A stretch of 64,000 bases of DNA, taken from assembly GCA_963701665.1 (NCBI GenBank), contig OY969622.1:1152001-1216000 (forward strand), in the 5' to 3' direction. The notes below the pieces were generated by a model that saw only the letters and a program-made list of their open reading frames with translations, was not told the DNA's origin and did no database searches. The DNA comes from Candidatus Babeliales bacterium. Lineage in GTDB: Bacteria; Babelota; Babeliae; Babelales; JANWKD01. The translations under genes and the position numbers were made by a program. This document shows, in pieces, positions 1 through 10,724 of the stretch. Position 1 is the stretch's first letter, and every line of letters starts with the position of its first letter.

Positions 1-200
1 AAAAAGCCTGAAGCCGCCTTATAAAAAGCTTCCTTAGCGGAAAAACGCACCGCCAACCGCTCAACCACCTTTGCCGGATGAGCAAAAGAGTAGTCTAATT
101 CTTGAGGGGTAAAGACCTTTAATAATTGGCGTGATGAAAAATGTTGCCAAGCATCAAAGCGTTTGATGGCAACTGAATCGATCCCTATACCACAGATCAT
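1..200 (-). CDS. acpS: Holo-ACP synthase, 5' part (runs off the window start)
   Basis: Manual translation from ATG at 200: MICGIGIDSVAIKRF...VFTPQE...LAVRFSAKEAFYKA, with the GxD and RFxAKEA motifs of AcpS. ATGA overlap with the upstream stop. Confidence 0.9.
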   Translation of the reverse strand, partial: MICGIGIDSVAIKRFDAWQHFSSRQLLKVFTPQELDYSFAHPAKVVERLAVRFSAKEAFYKAASGF

Positions 201-1735
201 GGCGTAAATCGCTCAATTAATTGGTCAAGAGATCGATAGAGAATCGCTTCCTGAATATGAGGAACATCAATCACTTCTGCACTCGTTAAGTCAGCTATCG
301 TGCGAGCGACTTTTAGAATTTTGTGATACCCTCGCATACTCAAGTGCAAACGGTCGAACGCTTTTTTAATCAGATCCTGTGCCCCATCGGTCAGCACGCA
401 ATAGGCATCAACCTGTGCAACGCTCATAGAAGCATTCCAAATTTCAGAATCGCCGAACCGATTACGTTGCGCCATAACGGCATTATTAACTGATGCTGCT
501 AAATTGGCTGAACTTTGTACGGCCGAACCATCTTTCATGCCATCAAATGAGACCGATTGCACATTAATATGTAAATCAATACGATCGAGCAATGGCCCTG
601 AAAGTTTTTCCATATAGCGTTCTATCTGAGTGCGCGAACAAGTACATTCTTTCTTTTTATCACCGAGAAATCCGCACGGGCATGGATTCAATGCGGCAAC
701 TAATAAAAATGATGCTGGAAAGGATACGGCATGATTTGCACGAGAAATACAAACTTTTTTATTCTCAAGTGGTTGGCGCAATACTTCTAACGTTGAGCGC
801 TTAAATTCAGTTAACTCATCTAAAAAAAGAATGCCATTATGCGTTAAACTAATTTCGCCTGGTTGTGGAAATGAACCACCGCCAACAAGGCCAGCTTGTG
901 ATATTGTATGATGAGGATTACGGAATGGGCGTTGCGTAATCAGCGTTCGTTCTGCTAATTTACCGCTTACCGAATAAATTTTTGTTGTTTCAAGAATCTC
1001 GTTGAACGTCATCTGTGGCATTAAGGTCGGTAAGCGCCGCGCTAACATGGTTTTTCCTGACCCAGGTGGGCCAATGAATAAAATATTATGTCTGCCCGCG
1101 GCTGCAATTTGCAACGCGCGCTTTGCTTGCGATTGCCCTCTCACATCGCTAAAATCAACATCGTATTTACACGAGTGTCTCAATATATCATGCGCGCGTT
1201 TTGCTGGTTCAATAACAATTTCTTTGCGCGCGTACGCAACTAAGTGTACTAAGCTCGTCACGCCAATAACATCAATGCCTTCAATAAGCGCCGCTTCTTG
1301 AGCATTTTCATGCGATAAAATAATGCGTCGTTTGCCTATTTTTTTTGCATCGAACGCGATAGCAAGCGCACCTTTAATCGAACGAATGGAACCATCAAGG
1401 GATAATTCACCCAAAAATAATGTTTCTTCTAAAAAATCCGGTGAAAATTCAATATATTTACTTGCTTGCATAATGCCGATTGCAATTGGCAAATCAAATA
1501 AAGTACCTTCCTTTTTTAAATCTGCTGGCGCTAAATTAACGGTAATTTTTCGCTCGGGCAATCGAATGCCACTATTTTTGAGTGCAGTTTGAATACGTTG
1601 ACGACTTTCAGTAATTGCTCTATCGGGTAACCCAACAATAAAAAATTGCAGCATACCAAATGACAAATCAACTTCGACAATTACTTCGTGAGCATTGATA
1701 CCCACAGGCGTTGCTGCATAAATTTTTGCGTGCAT
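197..1735 (-). CDS. comM: YifB/ComM family Mg-chelatase-like AAA+ ATPase
   Basis: IVGLPD, ITVNLAPADLKKEG, Walker A GPPGSGKT, Walker B LFLDE, NPCPCG and LLDRID motifs. Confidence 0.92.
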   Translation of the reverse strand: MHAKIYAATPVGINAHEVIVEVDLSFGMLQFFIVGLPDRAITESRQRIQTALKNSGIRLPERKITVNLAPADLKKEGTLFDLPIAIGIMQASKYIEFSPDFLEETLFLGELSLDGSIRSIKGALAIAFDAKKIGKRRIILSHENAQEAALIEGIDVIGVTSLVHLVAYARKEIVIEPAKRAHDILRHSCKYDVDFSDVRGQSQAKRALQIAAAGRHNILFIGPPGSGKTMLARRLPTLMPQMTFNEILETTKIYSVSGKLAERTLITQRPFRNPHHTISQAGLVGGGSFPQPGEISLTHNGILFLDELTEFKRSTLEVLRQPLENKKVCISRANHAVSFPASFLLVAALNPCPCGFLGDKKKECTCSRTQIERYMEKLSGPLLDRIDLHINVQSVSFDGMKDGSAVQSSANLAASVNNAVMAQRNRFGDSEIWNASMSVAQVDAYCVLTDGAQDLIKKAFDRLHLSMRGYHKILKVARTIADLTSAEVIDVPHIQEAILYRSLDQLIERFTP

Positions 1736-1946
1736 TAAAAAAACCTACTATGCATATTTTATAAAATTAAAATTACTTTCGTATGTTATTTGTATACCAT
1801 ATGTTTTATTATTTGGAAATAAAAATATTTTTTTATAAACTCATCACATTGGTAAAAAGTGATTCTTTTTTAAAATTACCTTACACTAAGGTTTTAAGCT
1901 CATTCTTTTATTCGAGCATAATTTGCATAAAAATAAGGACTAGGAA

Positions 1947-4790
1947 ATGATTCTCACACTTCTTATAGCATTACTTTATTCTACGATGTTATGCGCTGAT
2001 AACCAGCAAAATAATGCACAAGATCTAGCATCACAACCTAGTTCCGTTGTACAAGAGCATATTTCTTATACCATAGGGCCCACCATCATCTCAGGCAACA
2101 TAGCATTCACTGGTGCGGCATTGCCAGGAAGCAAAGAATACGCAATCACACAACATACTATCGGCGAAGGGATCGGCCTTATTAATGGCGTCACTCCCGA
2201 ATATGTCATGCTGAATTATCAGCCTGAACTGCCCAATCCGCTTTTTAATCAAAAGATTTTAAATCTTACTCATAATGCGCAAAAACTTATTGCAGTCCCT
2301 GCTGATCATCCAAATCAATTGTTCTTGCTTGAAAATTTACTTACCACATCACAACAATCGTTACTTGCAAGTCCTGTCCTTCCCGATGTTGATGGCATGC
2401 CATCGAGCATGATTATGAGTTGTGATACCGGCATAACGGGCACGAGTGATACATCATTACATGTCTATACATTAGCTGCAGTTGCTTCTCATGATGGCGT
2501 TTTTGGCGATCACAAAAGCGGTTTTAATCTTATCAAACATAGCGTTACTCAAGAAGAATTTACTGATAATCAAAATAAAAAAGTTATCAAAAATAAGACT
2601 CATCTAGAACTGTGTGAAGCTACATTAAAAGCCGTTCCTATTGGCATCGATGAAGACAACTCAGCGCTTTCAATTAACGGCGGTGTTTCATCGGTAGGCA
2701 ATCATGTTGCAATGTGTTGGCATCCTAACATGGAACGTTTTTACATCGCACTTCAGATAAAAACAAAATCGGATGCCACCATTAATCAAGGTGGGCGTGC
2801 GCTTCTTGTTGGACGCGTGGATGATGACAAACTTATATTAGATCCTGTACTTCCGAGTGATATCTGCCAAGGTATGGATAAAATAATCGCTGCAACAGGC
2901 CCTGATCAAGAAGTTTCAATTCATACTATATATCCATTTAGTACAAGCGCGGGCATACCTTATCTTCTTGTAGTTGGTGGTAATGGAAGTCCGGAAACGA
3001 CAAAAAAAATGATTTCAGCACTGCCACTTACGCACCACGGGTATAATATTTCACGCAAACAAGCAACCCAAGAAAAACTACATGGCACCATTGCAATGCG
3101 TAAAAGCAACATGCAAATATTATACGGTTATGACAGAAAAATTGCTGCCCGTTTATTAACAACACCGGCAACTACACAAGAAGAAGTGTATTCTTGTTAT
3201 GATGCTGCAATAGCGGTCGGCAACTTTTATTCACTTCCTCATGATATTACGGATGTCGTCATTTCTGGTAATGCAGTATTTGTAAGTGTGGCACAAAAAG
3301 GAAATGGTCAACAAGCAGGCATTTTTCATTCACAAGCAATTTTAGATGAGGAAGGACGCATTGCAGGATGGACGCAATGGCAACGTTTCGGACCTGATTG
3401 TGGCATTGAAAAATTTAGCATTCAGCCACTTGCCTATATGATAACATACTTGTACAGCGACACGCCTATCTTTGGTCTTAAGCAATGGAAACAACCGCTC
3501 AAACGAAAGAAAAACGAGCAGATTCCTCCGCCGACTGATTCTCTTGAAGGTCTTATTCAAACAATTTTCCCTCAAGTCGAGGGCGGTCTGCAAGCTTTGT
3601 ATAGCTGCGCGCGCGACATGCCAGGATTAAATTCTGATAAGCAAGAACTCTCATTATTGATTGCACTCGGGCAAAAAAAAGTTGCACTCGTTCAAACAGG
3701 TTCACTCGTTAATGAAGAATTTTTTGCACCGCACAAAGATAATTTTTTGGCTACTATTTCTTATGCAACACCTCAGTTGAAACAACATGCGGAACATCCT
3801 GCGCGCACGCTCGTTTTATCTGATGAGGTCATTGAATCACTCGGCGTACTGAGCTGTGCTACCATTGCAACAAATGGCACACAAGCATGGCTTGTTGTCG
3901 GTGGCCCACGGGGCGCTGCTATTCTTTGTACTAAGGATGGAAATGGCTGGGCATCTGAATCTGGCATTAATACCTTATTTGCTACAGCAAGCGAGGGATA
4001 CCATTTCAAAAAATGTGGAACTTACCGATTTGTTCAAAAAATTATCTGCGAAAATAATAATCTTTACTTTATTACCAATAAAAGTATTGAACGATTGCCA
4101 ATAGACCAAGAGGCGCTAATGAATCCCGCGCAATTTAACACAACCGTCATTCAAACAGATGCGGAGTGCATTTTTGATGGAAGCGTTTCGGGGCCAATGG
4201 CTATTCTTGCAACATCAGATGGTCTTTTATTTAATCCACCAGGCACTGACATCCAATTTGAAAGAGCAGCATTATCAACATCGGCTCTGAATAGGGTAAG
4301 TTTGCCATACGAACACTCAGTGGTGCGCTCATTATTTTTTGTAACACGGACAAACCGTGAGAACGATTTTGCATGCGGCGCACAACTCTATGCTTCCGTA
4401 GGATCATTAGCCGAAGATAAAACTGATATTTATCGTTTTTATATTGATCATATCTATGAAAAAGGTATTCAAAATGATTCAATCAGACGCATCGATGATC
4501 ATTTGCATCGTGGTAAACCAACACCATTCCTTGCATTCAATAATTTTAGATCACATTTTGCCACTGATGGCACGCATTATTTCACGGCACGAGCACGGCA
4601 AACAACGACTAAACCTTTTCTCAATCTAATTCCACAAGAACAATGTAAAAAGGTTTTCATAGCAGATCATTTGTGCTACGAAATTCCACTCCAAGTGCAC
4701 AAAGCTAATAATATTGTTACACTTCTTCAAAACCCTGCAACCGGAAGTTGGATAGCTGCTGGTGACTTTGGCATCCGCACTCATGATTAG
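1947..4790 (+). CDS. Large secreted beta-strand-rich hypothetical protein (possible multi-propeller)
   Basis: 947-aa ORF with AAGGA RBS and signal peptide (MILTLLIALLYSTMLCA). Many short beta-strand/Gly-turn patterns; no family recognised. Confidence 0.75.
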   Translation: MILTLLIALLYSTMLCADNQQNNAQDLASQPSSVVQEHISYTIGPTIISGNIAFTGAALPGSKEYAITQHTIGEGIGLINGVTPEYVMLNYQPELPNPLFNQKILNLTHNAQKLIAVPADHPNQLFLLENLLTTSQQSLLASPVLPDVDGMPSSMIMSCDTGITGTSDTSLHVYTLAAVASHDGVFGDHKSGFNLIKHSVTQEEFTDNQNKKVIKNKTHLELCEATLKAVPIGIDEDNSALSINGGVSSVGNHVAMCWHPNMERFYIALQIKTKSDATINQGGRALLVGRVDDDKLILDPVLPSDICQGMDKIIAATGPDQEVSIHTIYPFSTSAGIPYLLVVGGNGSPETTKKMISALPLTHHGYNISRKQATQEKLHGTIAMRKSNMQILYGYDRKIAARLLTTPATTQEEVYSCYDAAIAVGNFYSLPHDITDVVISGNAVFVSVAQKGNGQQAGIFHSQAILDEEGRIAGWTQWQRFGPDCGIEKFSIQPLAYMITYLYSDTPIFGLKQWKQPLKRKKNEQIPPPTDSLEGLIQTIFPQVEGGLQALYSCARDMPGLNSDKQELSLLIALGQKKVALVQTGSLVNEEFFAPHKDNFLATISYATPQLKQHAEHPARTLVLSDEVIESLGVLSCATIATNGTQAWLVVGGPRGAAILCTKDGNGWASESGINTLFATASEGYHFKKCGTYRFVQKIICENNNLYFITNKSIERLPIDQEALMNPAQFNTTVIQTDAECIFDGSVSGPMAILATSDGLLFNPPGTDIQFERAALSTSALNRVSLPYEHSVVRSLFFVTRTNRENDFACGAQLYASVGSLAEDKTDIYRFYIDHIYEKGIQNDSIRRIDDHLHRGKPTPFLAFNNFRSHFATDGTHYFTARARQTTTKPFLNLIPQEQCKKVFIADHLCYEIPLQVHKANNIVTLLQNPATGSWIAAGDFGIRTHD

Positions 4791-4807
4791 ATAAGGATTT
4801 TGCAACG

Positions 4808-6085
4808 ATGGTTAAAAAAAGATTTTTCCGTATATATAGTATCATACTTTTTGGTCTTTTTTGTGGCCAAGAAACACATGCTATTACCATTTTGACAACA
4901 AACGTTTTTAGGCCGTGGGATATAAATTTACGTCCCCCTCGTTGGCCTAATAGAAACTGGCAATTTACTGGATATTTTGAAGCCGGTTTGAAATCACGCG
5001 GATATAATCCTGAAAGTGATGCCGTTAATGTTATGCAATTATGGCAACCAACACAAGATGCACTCGCCATGCTACAAGGATTTCCGCCAAATAGTCCTGA
5101 AACACGTTTCTTTCAAAATGTCCTCATGAGCCCGCAAGATGATGGCATACGCGGACATTTTGATGTAACGGGAAAATTTAATTTGAAAATCAGTGGCGGA
5201 TTAGCCGCGCGCTACCATCTTCCCCATAATATTACGATTGCTGCTTTTTTGCCGTTTTATTCAATGAAGTTGCATGATGTTGTTTTTACCGATCTTACAC
5301 AAGATCTAACCGCGCAGGATATTATTGTTAAAGAAAATTTAACGGATAATTTTGCCGCAGCATTGCAGCAAATTGATCCTTCACTCGAATTGACGGGATG
5401 GAACCGCAGCGGTGTTGGCGATTTTGGATTTTTTGCTTCATGGATTGGTTCATACCCACAAGCAAAACCTATATTAAAGAATGTTGATTTGACAACACGC
5501 TTAGGCATTACCCTACCTACCGGATTACGTACCAATGAGAATCAAATTCTCTCAATCCCCTTCGGCTACAATGGTTCAGCGGGTTTATGGTTTGGTGCAG
5601 GCATTACGCTTACTTGGTTTGACCATGTTCGCGCTGGCATCGATTTTGAATTTTTGCATCTTTTTGGCAACTCACGCTTTCAGCGCATAAAAACATACTT
5701 TGATCAAACCGATTTATTATTTTTAGCAAAAGCGTATGCGCATACTGATTATGGTTTTACACAGCAATATAATTTATACGCTGAAGCATATCGTTTTTTT
5801 AGCGGACTTTCAGTAGGGGCCATTTATCAATTTTGGCGCCATGGCGAAGATAAGCTTGCTCTCTACACCAATTTATTTTCAAATGCAATCGCTAATACCG
5901 CACAAAAATTACAAGAAATAACGATCCATCAATTTATTTTCAAGCTCAATTATGACTTTCAGTGTAATCTTGATGACTGCGCACCAATTAAACCAAATAT
6001 TTTTCTCTTTTATAAATTGCCATTCAATGGCACACGAGCATTGTTAGTAAATACTATTGGCGCAGTCGTTACATTAAATTTTTAA
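4808..6085 (+). CDS. Putative outer-membrane beta-barrel protein
   Basis: Signal peptide (..ETHA), alternating aromatic/hydrophobic strands and a C-terminal Phe (VVTLNF). Confidence 0.65.
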   Translation: MVKKRFFRIYSIILFGLFCGQETHAITILTTNVFRPWDINLRPPRWPNRNWQFTGYFEAGLKSRGYNPESDAVNVMQLWQPTQDALAMLQGFPPNSPETRFFQNVLMSPQDDGIRGHFDVTGKFNLKISGGLAARYHLPHNITIAAFLPFYSMKLHDVVFTDLTQDLTAQDIIVKENLTDNFAAALQQIDPSLELTGWNRSGVGDFGFFASWIGSYPQAKPILKNVDLTTRLGITLPTGLRTNENQILSIPFGYNGSAGLWFGAGITLTWFDHVRAGIDFEFLHLFGNSRFQRIKTYFDQTDLLFLAKAYAHTDYGFTQQYNLYAEAYRFFSGLSVGAIYQFWRHGEDKLALYTNLFSNAIANTAQKLQEITIHQFIFKLNYDFQCNLDDCAPIKPNIFLFYKLPFNGTRALLVNTIGAVVTLNF

Positions 6086-6087
6086 AG

Positions 6088-6486
6088 CTATGCTTTTTGT
6101 TCTTGAATAAGAGTAAGTTGTGCAAGTGCTAATGCTCCAACAGCCATGACAATATCTCGAACGGCAATGTCAAAGTACATAGCATCTATGGTAAGTAAAT
6201 TCGCTACAATAATTACTAACCACGCTGCCATTAAATAAGCACCTAACCGTGTAAATTTTGTCAAAATCATAATGCCGACAATGATTTCTACAATGCCGAT
6301 AAAATACATGAAGTGTAATAATTTCATAGGAATATACAGAATGACAAACTGGCTTACGTATTTTTCCCAATGGGTAATAATATTCAGAAATTTATCAGCC
6401 CCGGCTGCTATTGCCACTAAACCATACGTTATTTTTAACATTAACCATGTGCCATGCGTAAGGTTTGAAGCAGATTGTCCGTTCAT
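6088..6486 (-). CDS. DoxX family membrane protein
   Basis: LKITYGLVAIAAGADKF, GIVEIIVG and DIAVRDI motifs; four hydrophobic segments. Start placed at MNGQS. Confidence 0.8.
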   Translation of the reverse strand: MNGQSASNLTHGTWLMLKITYGLVAIAAGADKFLNIITHWEKYVSQFVILYIPMKLLHFMYFIGIVEIIVGIMILTKFTRLGAYLMAAWLVIIVANLLTIDAMYFDIAVRDIVMAVGALALAQLTLIQEQKA

Positions 6487-6644
6487 ATCTTTTCTCTCTG
6501 TTTTATGAAACATCACAACAAATTATACTTAAACTAGCTACATACCTATGCATGGGGTCAATATTTTTAAAAAAAATTATTTTTTAATATATACTTAATT
6601 CAAATTGATAATGCCTTGAAAGATAACGAAATCAACCAGCAGCT

Positions 6645-7991
6645 ATGAAAAATATTTTTCTGATTTTAACTATTTTTGCATTCAGTACACGAGCAATGAA
6701 TGAAGAAACGCTAGCCATACCCAATAGCCCACATTATGATGCAGCGCTCAAACAGTTCACTATGCAACCGTTAATGCTTAAAACAATCGCTTCCAAGCAA
6801 GTTGCAAAAAATGTAGCGGCAACGTATTTTGAGAAACTTTCAGGAGAAAACATTGATGCATATGCACAAGAAATTGATACAATTATTATCCCGGATTTAC
6901 AACCTCTTGTTGCTCGTTATGCCATCGTTGAAGCTGCGCAAGCTGGCTATGTCTTTGGTTACACACAACCCAAACAACCAAAATGCGGGCGCACCTATGA
7001 AGGATGGTGGCGTTTTGATCGAGGAAATCCTTCAGATACGGTTCACAAAGTTATTTTTAAATATAATGACTATGCTCAAGAATTTACATTTGATGAACAC
7101 ATTCTGTATCTCGTTGATTCACCACAACAAAAAATGGTAGCCCTTATTGACGGTCCTATGTTTAAATTTTTTGTTCGAAAAGATTATACATGGAAATTCT
7201 TAGCAGAGACACCCTCAACAAATACGTCTTTACTATTTTTAGATGATGCAACCGCTTTAAGCTCAAGTCATAATGATAATGCCGTTACACTTGGAATATA
7301 TTCTGTTGATAATGATACTCTTTTAACCTCACATATAAAAAACACGCAAAAATTCTACTGTAGAAATAATGACAATATCCCATTAGCCGTTGTATACAAT
7401 GCTGACAAGCATGAATTACAATTATGCTATAAAAAAAATAGTCATGTAACCACCAAAGAACTTAGATCGTGGGTTGCAGAAGCGCCACCTAGCAATTGGA
7501 AAATTTTTAGCTCCCAAGATAAAAAAAATATAGCTCTCAGTTTTCATGACTATACCCGCAAAGTCGATAACCATACCATCTTATTATGTACAATGATAAA
7601 GCATACACCCATTTTAATATCATCTTTAAATCATAGAAGCGGGAACATTAAGGCATTGGAAGACGGATTCATTAGCTTAAAAGGATCCTATAAGCTTCAT
7701 CGCGGCAAAGATACACGGCACAAAGAACATTATGCTATCGACATCGAAACCGAAATAATGGTCACATATGCCACCAAAAAAGATGCAGAATCAGAATGTA
7801 AAAAATTAGGCAAGACAATGACTAATATACCACTGAAAGCACTATTTGCTTCGGTCGCCTTAAAAAATTCTGACGATCCCAAAGCCTTACAAAAACTGAA
7901 AGAATCGGATACCTTTCAAAATTTGGAAGACGTATTCAAAATCAATCTTCTTGAAAAAATTGAAACATTACTAAAAGATCAACCGCTATGA
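6645..7991 (+). CDS. Secreted hypothetical protein, paralog 1 (BC-box-like N-region, beta-rich core)
   Basis: Signal peptide ending STRA-MNEE. Shares PxYDxAxxxFT and ALxNSDDP segments with the next gene. Confidence 0.7.
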   Translation: MKNIFLILTIFAFSTRAMNEETLAIPNSPHYDAALKQFTMQPLMLKTIASKQVAKNVAATYFEKLSGENIDAYAQEIDTIIIPDLQPLVARYAIVEAAQAGYVFGYTQPKQPKCGRTYEGWWRFDRGNPSDTVHKVIFKYNDYAQEFTFDEHILYLVDSPQQKMVALIDGPMFKFFVRKDYTWKFLAETPSTNTSLLFLDDATALSSSHNDNAVTLGIYSVDNDTLLTSHIKNTQKFYCRNNDNIPLAVVYNADKHELQLCYKKNSHVTTKELRSWVAEAPPSNWKIFSSQDKKNIALSFHDYTRKVDNHTILLCTMIKHTPILISSLNHRSGNIKALEDGFISLKGSYKLHRGKDTRHKEHYAIDIETEIMVTYATKKDAESECKKLGKTMTNIPLKALFASVALKNSDDPKALQKLKESDTFQNLEDVFKINLLEKIETLLKDQPL

Positions 7992-9313
7992 AAAATTCCC
8001 TTTTATTTTTAATGCTCTTACCATTAAGCACGCGCGCCATGGAACAAGAACCTAAGGAGCACCCAACGATCAAACTCCCTCGTTATGATAGAGCGCGCCG
8101 ATGCTTTACGCGCACGGTGCCATCATTGGTCGAGTGTATGTTAAAACGAATGCCAAAAGTGTTAATCCCAAACCTCAAGGTACTTACAGGGGAAACGCTC
8201 GATTCACATGAATCGGCTATACAAAAAACTCTCAGCAAAGTTCCTGCAGAATTGCGTGAACCAATATCATTCAATTTCATGCTGCATGCAGCAAAACATA
8301 ACTATAAAATGATTTTTTACAAACGACGCAAAACAAAAAAAGCTCTTTCAAAAATATGCTTAAAAGATGATAAAAAATTAAACATTTATGGGAGCATGAA
8401 TCAATCTGCTAAAGAAGATACATTAATCTGCGATGATATCATTTTAGATCATGATACTAATCCTTCTGGCAATACAATGGCTCTATCTCTTACAAATGGG
8501 GCTGTGCAGTTTTTTCAAAAAAAAGATACTGTATGGGAAGATATTGGGGCAACACCACCTGAGAATAATAAAACAGTGTTTCATGTAACGCGTTTTTTTG
8601 ATGACACAACATGCGTATCTTATAGCATAAACATAAGAAATGAATTAACGCTATATACATTGAATAACGCATCTTTACAATCATCAAAGATTCCTCTTGA
8701 ATCTTCAATATATCTTACAAATCCAAATAAAAAGAATATACTTTTCTTTATAGATCCGGCGTGGAATTTATTCTGTTGTCTAAAAAATCAATCCGGCATT
8801 CAGGTACAAAAAGTTACTTCGCTCTCTTCTAGAGATGAATTTGACTCTGTTGTATCAGAAAATAAATTTTTTAATTATGTGGTCAATGATTTTTCAGAAA
8901 ATCCTATACTTCACGTTATTGGATTAATCGACACACAGCTTCAGGCAATAAAACAAATTAAAGCATGTAACATTTTCTCTATTGCTAACAAAGTCTACGT
9001 TAAAAGTTTTAAAAAAGGCATTATACATCTTGCAAAAGCTATTGATGATAATCACAGTTTTGATGAAAAAACCTTCGAGCATCATGCGATTGATGTGAAC
9101 GCTGAATCCAGCATTGCAACATTTCATGGCAAATTTTATGTTAAGCCAATGCTCAACCTTCCTTACCAAGCAATCCTTGCTTTGATTGCCTTAGAAAATT
9201 CTGACGATCCATCTCAGCTGGCAGCATGGGCAACATCTTCTGTTGTAAAAAATTTATCGGAAGAATTAAAAAATCAATTAATGGAAGAACACGACAAAAA
9301 AAAGAGTTCTTAA
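7988..9313 (+). CDS. Secreted hypothetical protein, paralog 2
   Basis: Signal peptide ending STRA-MEQE; ATGA overlap with paralog 1; homologous N- and C-terminal segments. Confidence 0.7.
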   Translation: MKNSLLFLMLLPLSTRAMEQEPKEHPTIKLPRYDRARRCFTRTVPSLVECMLKRMPKVLIPNLKVLTGETLDSHESAIQKTLSKVPAELREPISFNFMLHAAKHNYKMIFYKRRKTKKALSKICLKDDKKLNIYGSMNQSAKEDTLICDDIILDHDTNPSGNTMALSLTNGAVQFFQKKDTVWEDIGATPPENNKTVFHVTRFFDDTTCVSYSINIRNELTLYTLNNASLQSSKIPLESSIYLTNPNKKNILFFIDPAWNLFCCLKNQSGIQVQKVTSLSSRDEFDSVVSENKFFNYVVNDFSENPILHVIGLIDTQLQAIKQIKACNIFSIANKVYVKSFKKGIIHLAKAIDDNHSFDEKTFEHHAIDVNAESSIATFHGKFYVKPMLNLPYQAILALIALENSDDPSQLAAWATSSVVKNLSEELKNQLMEEHDKKKSS

Positions 9314-9429
9314 AATCAATGATTTTTTCAGATTGGATCGCTATTTCCAGAGTATGCCTGGGATCAAAAACATTAAGCAAAATTCGACACAAATATTTGC
9401 TTTAGGATATAAATATTGAAAACACAATC

Positions 9430-9527
9430 GTCATTGCGAGCGAATGCGTGGCAATCCAATTATAAAATTAGTTCCTTTAAGGAATTAATTAAAATTTGGA
9501 TCCCCACGGCCAAAGCCTCGGGATGAC
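9430..9527. repeat. Dispersed palindromic element (two-arm core)
   Basis: GTCATTGCGAGCGAATGCGTGGCAATCC-linker-GGATCCCCACGGCCAAAGCCTCGGGATGAC. Near-identical reverse complement at 34514-34611 and 48786-48881. Confidence 0.92.
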
Positions 9528-9587
9528 GCTGTGTTGTTTATTATTTTCAGGTCTTTATTAGAATTTTGGAATTTTAGGATTAGGCCC

Positions 9588-10607
9588 TTAGAGAATTTTA
9601 GTTATGCTGTGGGCAGTTTTTTTATTACCATCATGCACGATAACATCAGTGATGAGACCAAATTTTTTCGCTTCTTGCTTTGCTTCTGTTTGAACAATCA
9701 TATGCAACAATCGTTCGGCACGCGTTTCGATCAAATCTTCTTGCTCTTCTAATTGAAAGAGCATTGCTTTACCCTCGAGAATGTCCTCTTTTATTTTTTT
9801 CAAAACATCGGCTGAAAGATCTGATCCTGCCAAATCAAGGAAATAACAAAATCGTTCAATAAGCGACCGATATAAATCATCTAATCCATCACGCGAGATA
9901 ATATTTTTATCCATGAGCGTTGAAAAGCGTTCTGAAATATCCAATACGGACTTCCATACCCCTTCTTGCTCTACGGGACTCCACATGAGCTTCAATGTGG
10001 TGATATCAAGAAATCGTAATAACATCTGAGCAAGCCGTTCGCGCGCAAGTCTTTCTTCCAAGCAGTATGCTGCATCCATTTTTTTAACTAAAGAACTTGA
10101 AAGATCATTGAGAAACTTTTCAGGCTCTTGCTTGAACAAGGCAAAACGATTCAAAAACATTTCATACATCGTATTTTTGAAAGAAGTTTGAATATCATCA
10201 AAATTAATTTCAGGATATTCTTGTATAACACTTTTCATTAAACGCGGCATTTCTTCAAGCATATCGGCAAATGCATCAGCACAAATATGAGGCGCCGCTT
10301 TTATTTTGTTACAAAAAAGCCGCAAAGAATATTCCATGAAAGAGGTTGTCTGCCGTGTTACGTTCGCTTGTTCTAAAAATTGTATAAAATGCGAAAATGA
10401 GTACGGTAAAAAATTCTGCGTATACGATGGGTCATTAAAAATATTTTGCAGATATAATTGCATTCCCTGTTGCGTAAAATGAAGGGGCGCACAAAATAGA
10501 TATGAAGGGTCTTGATAGCGTCGCACAGGACCCTCTCCATGCTCTGCAACTACTGTAAAAAAAAGCGCGCAGAAAAATAGTACAAAAAAAGTAAGTTTAT
10601 TTTTCAT
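9588..10607 (-). CDS. Hypothetical alpha-helical protein with signal peptide
   Basis: 339-aa ORF with GGGAG RBS and hydrophobic N-terminus; divergent from gspF. Confidence 0.75.
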   Translation of the reverse strand: MKNKLTFFVLFFCALFFTVVAEHGEGPVRRYQDPSYLFCAPLHFTQQGMQLYLQNIFNDPSYTQNFLPYSFSHFIQFLEQANVTRQTTSFMEYSLRLFCNKIKAAPHICADAFADMLEEMPRLMKSVIQEYPEINFDDIQTSFKNTMYEMFLNRFALFKQEPEKFLNDLSSSLVKKMDAAYCLEERLARERLAQMLLRFLDITTLKLMWSPVEQEGVWKSVLDISERFSTLMDKNIISRDGLDDLYRSLIERFCYFLDLAGSDLSADVLKKIKEDILEGKAMLFQLEEQEDLIETRAERLLHMIVQTEAKQEAKKFGLITDVIVHDGNKKTAHSITKIL

Positions 10608-10724
10608 AGCAACTCCCTACAATACAAGGTATATACTTAGCATACATAAAAGAGTATCATGAAAAAAAAATTTTATACAACTGGACTTAGAATTACCCTT
10701 AAAAAACATTGAAGGAACACAATA

